This document shows positions 58,732 through 64,000 of a stretch of 64,000 bases of DNA, piece by piece (position 1 is the stretch's first letter; the number at the start of each line of letters is the position of its first letter). This stretch comes from a virus (Duplodnaviria > Heunggongvirae > Uroviricota > Caudoviricetes): positions 256,001 to 320,000 of the IMG/VR virus record IMGVR_UViG_3300020045_008999; one strand, written 5' to 3'. The notes beneath the pieces were generated by a model that worked only from the letters and a program-made list of their open reading frames with translations, did no database searches and was not told the DNA's origin. The position numbers were made by a program, and so were the translations under genes.

Positions 58732-58824
58732 AAAAAATATTTTTACAAATGTAAAAATATTTTTTATATATTATGGAAACCTATTAATTTAATATATAGC
58801 TATTATACAAATAATCATATAAAA

Positions 58825-60591
58825 ATGGCTTTATTAGGTTCTTCACCATTGGGATTGACAGCTGAATCAGTTTCCACAACTTCCAATAATGTGGGCACAT
58901 ATCAACGTGGTCAGGTACTCACTGATGTTAATTTGTATAAAAGTTTGTTTCAAAATAATGGATTTGTACCCGCTTCTAATTATACAAATGGTGATATAAA
59001 TGCCGATGGAAGTGATGATACATTTGATATAAGTGTGTCTAGTATATTGGATTATACTGATAAGTACCCATCTATGCGACTACTAGCCTCTGATTTTGCC
59101 TACTTAAAAGATTTAGGGGTATATCCAAATAATAGATTAATGATTGCTAGGCGATTTCCGGCCGGGGTTCCAAATGATTTAACTACAATTTCAGCCGCGC
59201 CATTATCAACCCTAATATCATGGATACCGGATGGTGAGGATTTTATAGAAGTTACTTATGGGGAACATTGGGTTGATTCGGAAGCCTCATTTAAAGATAT
59301 TTTAAACGAAGCTGGTAAAGATTTGACCACTACCGGCATCGGTAATATTGCAGCTGGTGGTGGTGGTGCAATTCCATTACCTGGATTTATGGAAGGACTT
59401 CAGTACGATATTATGAAACGAATGGGAATTGTTGATGATGCCAAACAAATACCCGCGGGTAATCCTAACTTAATAAGAGAAGCGAAAATGCGTAAAACCA
59501 TGAAAGATGGTGAGGCGGGTGCTGGTGTACATTGTGATTTTGATATTAAAATGGTGGTTACTTATGAGCAAAAATTTTATGCGGGTGTAAGTCCAACCTT
59601 AGTATATTTTGACATAGTTGCTAACTTACTTAGTTTTGGTACGTCAGATTCATATTTCCAATTTAATAACAAATTTGGTACCGGTGTAAGTTCAATCATA
59701 AATGATTTAATCAGTGGGGATGTGGTTAGAATAACCAATGCGATTACTAAGTTCGTGACCGAATTCATTAACGCGGTAAAGAGTTTCGTGAAAGATTTGA
59801 TTAAAAAAATATCAAAAATAGTTCAAAATAGTGCGGATGTTGGGGCAATGGCTTTGAGTTTTGCAAATGGTCTAACCGAGGCATTGGTGGCACCAGTGAT
59901 TAAGAAATATAAAATAAGACTTATTGGGGTTGCAAATGCGTTAACCGGTACAACGTCAACACCGTGGCACATTACCATAGGAAATCCCAAAAGACCGGTA
60001 TTTAGTAGTGGTGATATGTTAATTGCTGATATTAAACTAACAATGGGGTCGATGCTTGCATATAATGACTTACCTGCAATAATTACAGCGGAAATGACAT
60101 TCAAAAATGCCAGAAGCTTGGGTGGTGATGAGATATATGAAAAGTTCAACAATGGTGCCGGTAGGACTTCCAAACGTTTAAACCTTTCCTTGGTCGAATA
60201 TTCACATGGTGATAATCCAGATGGTGTTGATAAAACATATTCGCCAACTGAACGTGTAAATCCTAATAAAGTGATAGAGCGCGGCCAAATAGAACCAGTG
60301 TCTAGCCTAAATCCTATGGGTGTGAATGCCACAGGACAAATGCAGCCGGTATTATCCGGTGTATTGGTATCACCAAGTGTTATTAATCCTATAAATGCCA
60401 GTGAAATATCACCAGTGCCGGTTCCTAAAATCGCATCACAATACAATTGGTCGGTAGTGCTCGAAAATACCGGTGGTACTGTTGAATACGCATCTGGTGT
60501 AGCATTAACAGAAGCCGCGGCACAAAATAGTATAAACTTGTTTGCAACTGGTGGGACCATCAAAGACCAAAGTATCCAGGCTGTAGTCTAA
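58825..60591 (+). CDS. Putative baseplate/tail structural protein
   Basis: Late motif 58788-58799; first gene of the operon with gp53-like and hub-lysozyme genes; PWHITIGNP. Confidence 0.6.
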   Translation: MALLGSSPLGLTAESVSTTSNNVGTYQRGQVLTDVNLYKSLFQNNGFVPASNYTNGDINADGSDDTFDISVSSILDYTDKYPSMRLLASDFAYLKDLGVYPNNRLMIARRFPAGVPNDLTTISAAPLSTLISWIPDGEDFIEVTYGEHWVDSEASFKDILNEAGKDLTTTGIGNIAAGGGGAIPLPGFMEGLQYDIMKRMGIVDDAKQIPAGNPNLIREAKMRKTMKDGEAGAGVHCDFDIKMVVTYEQKFYAGVSPTLVYFDIVANLLSFGTSDSYFQFNNKFGTGVSSIINDLISGDVVRITNAITKFVTEFINAVKSFVKDLIKKISKIVQNSADVGAMALSFANGLTEALVAPVIKKYKIRLIGVANALTGTTSTPWHITIGNPKRPVFSSGDMLIADIKLTMGSMLAYNDLPAIITAEMTFKNARSLGGDEIYEKFNNGAGRTSKRLNLSLVEYSHGDNPDGVDKTYSPTERVNPNKVIERGQIEPVSSLNPMGVNATGQMQPVLSGVLVSPSVINPINASEISPVPVPKIASQYNWSVVLENTGGTVEYASGVALTEAAAQNSINLFATGGTIKDQSIQAVV

Positions 60592-60606
60592 AAAATAATT
60601 TATAAA

Positions 60607-61059
60607 ATGTTAATTAAAGGATTAGGTAATTTGAAAAAAGATTTGGAATCAGGGTTATACGATTTCACAACAGCAACTTGGGCAGATTTCCAAGCACCTA
60701 CATACACTTACGAAGCTACATTGGGGGATGAAATGCGACTTGATTTAGTATGTAGGGAAGTATTTGGCAATGATGAAGATATTGAATTTTTAATGAATTA
60801 TAATAACATTGATAATCCACTAAATGTAATGACTGGTGATATTATCCGATATACTAGTGTGCAAGATTCACGTAGAGGAATTTATGCTGCTATTGAAAAT
60901 TCAGCGGTTGCAGCTGGGCTTATATTGAGTCGCAGGGGTACTCGTACTGACCCAAATCGAACCACTTATTTGGACAATTTAAATTCACTTACACCAACAA
61001 TGCGGGCAGTGTCCGGTAGTTCAGTAAATGTAGTTGGTAATAAAATAATTATTGGATAA
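60607..61059 (+). CDS. Baseplate wedge protein (T4 gp53 / LysM-like)
   Basis: EMRLDLVCREVFGN...LMNYNNIDNPLNV..GDII. Confidence 0.7.
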   Translation: MLIKGLGNLKKDLESGLYDFTTATWADFQAPTYTYEATLGDEMRLDLVCREVFGNDEDIEFLMNYNNIDNPLNVMTGDIIRYTSVQDSRRGIYAAIENSAVAAGLILSRRGTRTDPNRTTYLDNLNSLTPTMRAVSGSSVNVVGNKIIIG

Positions 61060-63839
61060 TGGCTTTATTTCATGGACGTTTAAAGGGGAATGGTGGCAAT
61101 GATGGTGCATTAATATTCAAATTGGGCCCATTGTATAATATTTTATTAAAAGATGATAATATAAGTATAGATCCCACTACTGATGCAGAATCACTTGCAA
61201 ATAGGATGGGGATCATTGATAATACAAAATATAATGTTGTCCTTTTAGAAAATAAAAAGATCAATGTCTCATTTGAATTAGTCAATAATAACATTAAGAA
61301 AGCCCAAATGTATTCAGAATCGCTCATTGTAATTAGTGAGCAATTAATTACACTTGGGAATGCTATTACGACAGTTATCACGAACACACTTAGTGCTGAC
61401 AAGTTAATATTTACCTATCAAATTAATATAGCATCATTCGTATCAGACTACGGATATGATAATAAATTAAATTTATTTATAGGCAAAGTAAATAATATAA
61501 TAGCAACAGTATTATCCGAAAATAACATAAATACATCCGTTGTAGAAACACCGACTTCGATTACAAACATACTTAATGGATCTGATGCCAAATATACGAC
61601 CAAATATACGGTTCAATCCGAGCAAGTCGCACAACAGTTAGTACCAAATTCCGATGAAGATCAGATAATTGATGAGTCCATAGACTCAACAACAGTAGAG
61701 AATCCCAACAATAGTATGGGCGATGAGCAAGAAATTGGGAGAGCTGAGTCAACTGGTGAAGATGATATTCAAGGCTCTGATAGCGGTGGGGAACGCGTTC
61801 CGGGGATCACCAATATATTTCCAAATACTTATTATCCCGAAAAAATAGAAATGGGTGTTACTGCACCAGAACAGTCGAAGGGTGAAATCGCACAGGGAAT
61901 TGGTACATTACCATTTATTTGGTACAACGTATATCAAATCTCATATGCTGACATAACTTATTTTCTGTTATCTGATAATGGAATTTGTCCTACAATGAAA
62001 ATTGTTTTCTATGATTCACTAGGAATCATGAGCGATAATGGGATTCCTATAGATGATTCCAAAATAAAAGTTTATATTGATTCAGGTGCAAGTAACTTAA
62101 AGCCAATATTTCTTGAATTTAAAATTTCAAACTTTTCGGTGGTTGATGGACTTTACAATATTCTAGGAGTATTAGATCTTAGTAAATTATATCTTCCAGA
62201 TTTCAAAGCTTATAAAGATAAGAGTAGCTTTGAAGCACTACAAGAAATCGCTAAAGAATTGGGACTCGGATTTAATTCAAATTTGGCCAATACTGATGAT
62301 GCGATGACCTGGGTAAATACGGGAGATAAAGTATATGATTTCATTGACAGTATAGTATCAACCTCTTATAAATCTGATTACTCATTCATGTTAGGTTATA
62401 TAGATTATTACTACAACTACAATTATGTTGATATAGAAGATGAGTTATCCAGAGATATTAGTAATGAACAGGCAGTAACTAGCTTTGGACTAGAACAGGC
62501 CGCTAATGCCCCGACAGAAGATCAGATTGGATCATTGACGTTATCAAACGATACATCGTTCGAGGGAACGAATATGTTTATTGAAAAATATAAAATTATT
62601 AATAATTCAACCAATGTTTCGTTGTTAGAGGGTTATTTAACAAAAACTAAATATTACGACGAAAGTAGTAAAGAATTGTTAGTATTTGATATTGATTCAA
62701 TTTCATCAGAGGGTGGTAAAATTGTTATGAAGAGTGGTGATCAAGATTTTTATAATAAAAATATAAATTTGGTTTATAATGGAAAAATAGATGTTGATAA
62801 TGCTCATAAAAACTATAATTATTCAAACATACAAAATGATAGAAATGTTACTGAATTAAGTAAACTTGCACTGGATACCGTATTGGCAAATCCAAATTAT
62901 AATTTATACAAATTCCAAAAAGTAAAAGTTATAATATCTTCGGAAACTGCAACACCATCACATACTTTAGTAAATGAAAGACTCACCGGTGATTGGTTCA
63001 TAATTGACATAAAGTTCGAATTGATCGGGGCCAGATTTTACCAAAAGGTACTCTTGATTAAACGCGAATTGGAAGCTTTAGCCGGGGAAGAGTATAGGTC
63101 TGAAAATAGTGTATATGGGGAAACTAATGAAAATGGTGAGGGGTCCAATCCAGATAATTTGGACAATACGGATGTAGCAAATGTTGCAGCGAACGCAAGA
63201 TCCCCATTAACAAATAATAGTAAGTTGTCAGATAGGTTAAAACCCATCATAGCGGCGTTTGCATATTGGAAAATTACAAACAAATATTATAAAAAGGCAA
63301 TTTTGGGTAATATTAAAAAAGAATGTAATTTGGTCCCACAATATGAAGATTTATCCGGATGGGCAAATAGTAGTAATGCCAGAATACGACAATATTTTTC
63401 CAGAAGAGTACGTAATTATAGCGAAGCGCAGTTAACGGTTTTGAAGAAAGATTCACCTCGATTTGCGGAGGCTATATATGGTGTAAATTCGGGCATGGGG
63501 TTAGGTAATGATAAACCAGGTGATGCTTGGAAATACCGCGGAGCGGGTTATATCCAACTAACCGGTAAGAGCAATTTCAGAACATGGGGTAAATATGCTA
63601 ATGTTGATTTAGTTGCCAATCCAGGGATATTAATTTCAGATCCATATAAATCAGCAATAGTAGCGGTAGGATTTATAGTAAAACAAATAAAAAATGGGAA
63701 TTTTACTAATCAAAACTCAGCAAATAGAGCAGTGACTCAAATAATTGGTGGTGGTAAACTCAATTTAGATGCCGGTGTTGGTGCTGAAATATTGGCAAGA
63801 GTTAATGATTACTCAGATGACTTTAATAACGTGGTGTAA
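61059..63839 (+). CDS. Baseplate hub-like protein with C-terminal GH19-like lysozyme domain
   Basis: SSFEALQEIAKELGLGF and GDWFIIDI hub-like segments; AILGNIKKEC and DAWKYRGAGYIQLTGKSNF muramidase motifs. Confidence 0.8.
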   Translation: MALFHGRLKGNGGNDGALIFKLGPLYNILLKDDNISIDPTTDAESLANRMGIIDNTKYNVVLLENKKINVSFELVNNNIKKAQMYSESLIVISEQLITLGNAITTVITNTLSADKLIFTYQINIASFVSDYGYDNKLNLFIGKVNNIIATVLSENNINTSVVETPTSITNILNGSDAKYTTKYTVQSEQVAQQLVPNSDEDQIIDESIDSTTVENPNNSMGDEQEIGRAESTGEDDIQGSDSGGERVPGITNIFPNTYYPEKIEMGVTAPEQSKGEIAQGIGTLPFIWYNVYQISYADITYFLLSDNGICPTMKIVFYDSLGIMSDNGIPIDDSKIKVYIDSGASNLKPIFLEFKISNFSVVDGLYNILGVLDLSKLYLPDFKAYKDKSSFEALQEIAKELGLGFNSNLANTDDAMTWVNTGDKVYDFIDSIVSTSYKSDYSFMLGYIDYYYNYNYVDIEDELSRDISNEQAVTSFGLEQAANAPTEDQIGSLTLSNDTSFEGTNMFIEKYKIINNSTNVSLLEGYLTKTKYYDESSKELLVFDIDSISSEGGKIVMKSGDQDFYNKNINLVYNGKIDVDNAHKNYNYSNIQNDRNVTELSKLALDTVLANPNYNLYKFQKVKVIISSETATPSHTLVNERLTGDWFIIDIKFELIGARFYQKVLLIKRELEALAGEEYRSENSVYGETNENGEGSNPDNLDNTDVANVAANARSPLTNNSKLSDRLKPIIAAFAYWKITNKYYKKAILGNIKKECNLVPQYEDLSGWANSSNARIRQYFSRRVRNYSEAQLTVLKKDSPRFAEAIYGVNSGMGLGNDKPGDAWKYRGAGYIQLTGKSNFRTWGKYANVDLVANPGILISDPYKSAIVAVGFIVKQIKNGNFTNQNSANRAVTQIIGGGKLNLDAGVGAEILARVNDYSDDFNNVV

Positions 63840-63860
63840 TCATAAATTAATATATAGTGT

Positions 63861-64000
63861 ATGGCTAATATAGGTAAACAGATAGTAGATGTAAATGGTA
63901 AGGTAACCCAGGTTACCAATACAATGACTGGTGGTAAAAATAAATACAAAATTGCGACTAGTGATCGATTTGTACCGGCAGATCTATACCTAGTACCTGA
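63861..64000 (+). CDS. Partial late protein (runs off window)
   Basis: MANIGKQIVDVNGK...; TTAATATATAG 63847-63857. Confidence 0.7.
   Translation, partial: MANIGKQIVDVNGKVTQVTNTMTGGKNKYKIATSDRFVPADLYLVP

Noticed and set aside
1-64000. Stop-codon reassignment, as known in some large phages and suggested by the aaRS
   Set aside because: Long genes are intact in code 11, and TAG terminates well-supported genes at sensible positions (14599, 26457, 51708)

Overview
AT-rich, densely coding 64 kb fragment of a large T4-like (jumbo-type) myovirus that probably infects a Bacteroidota host. Host inference rests on ten TAnnTTTG sigma-A -7 boxes upstream of early genes, a general lack of Shine-Dalgarno motifs, and a Bacteroidota-type bifunctional-nuclease gene. 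DNA and nucleotide metabolism: a divergent two-subunit type IIA topoisomerase, MazG-like pyrophosphatase, two nucleotide kinases, a nucleotidyltransferase and a DHH phosphoesterase. Proteostasis and translation: rhomboid, DUF2201/vWA metallopeptidase plus MoxR-like AAA ATPase, DnaK and a compact arginyl-tRNA synthetase. Also present: a GT2-TPR glycosyltransferase and an amidoligase. Virion genes include gp6-like and gp53-like baseplate proteins, a hub with a GH19-like lysozyme, a 2314-aa tail fibre with an S74 chaperone, and an FN3 protein. The standard genetic code fits. I saw no tRNA, CRISPR array or integrase. Main non-obvious structures: (1) two stand-alone integron-cassette-like insertions (7173-7466, 26794-27248) whose gene starts lie inside an attC-like hairpin; excising the second restores the start of an interrupted gene; (2) three promoter classes: host TAnnTTTG, AAAC-N18-TATA and late TWATATATA; (3) late proteins with a T4 capsid-targeting-like N-terminus, one of them ADP-ribosyltransferase-like; (4) a shared C-terminal RxxxIxxLL tag on unrelated small proteins. 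All calls come from visual motif recognition; no searches were run.
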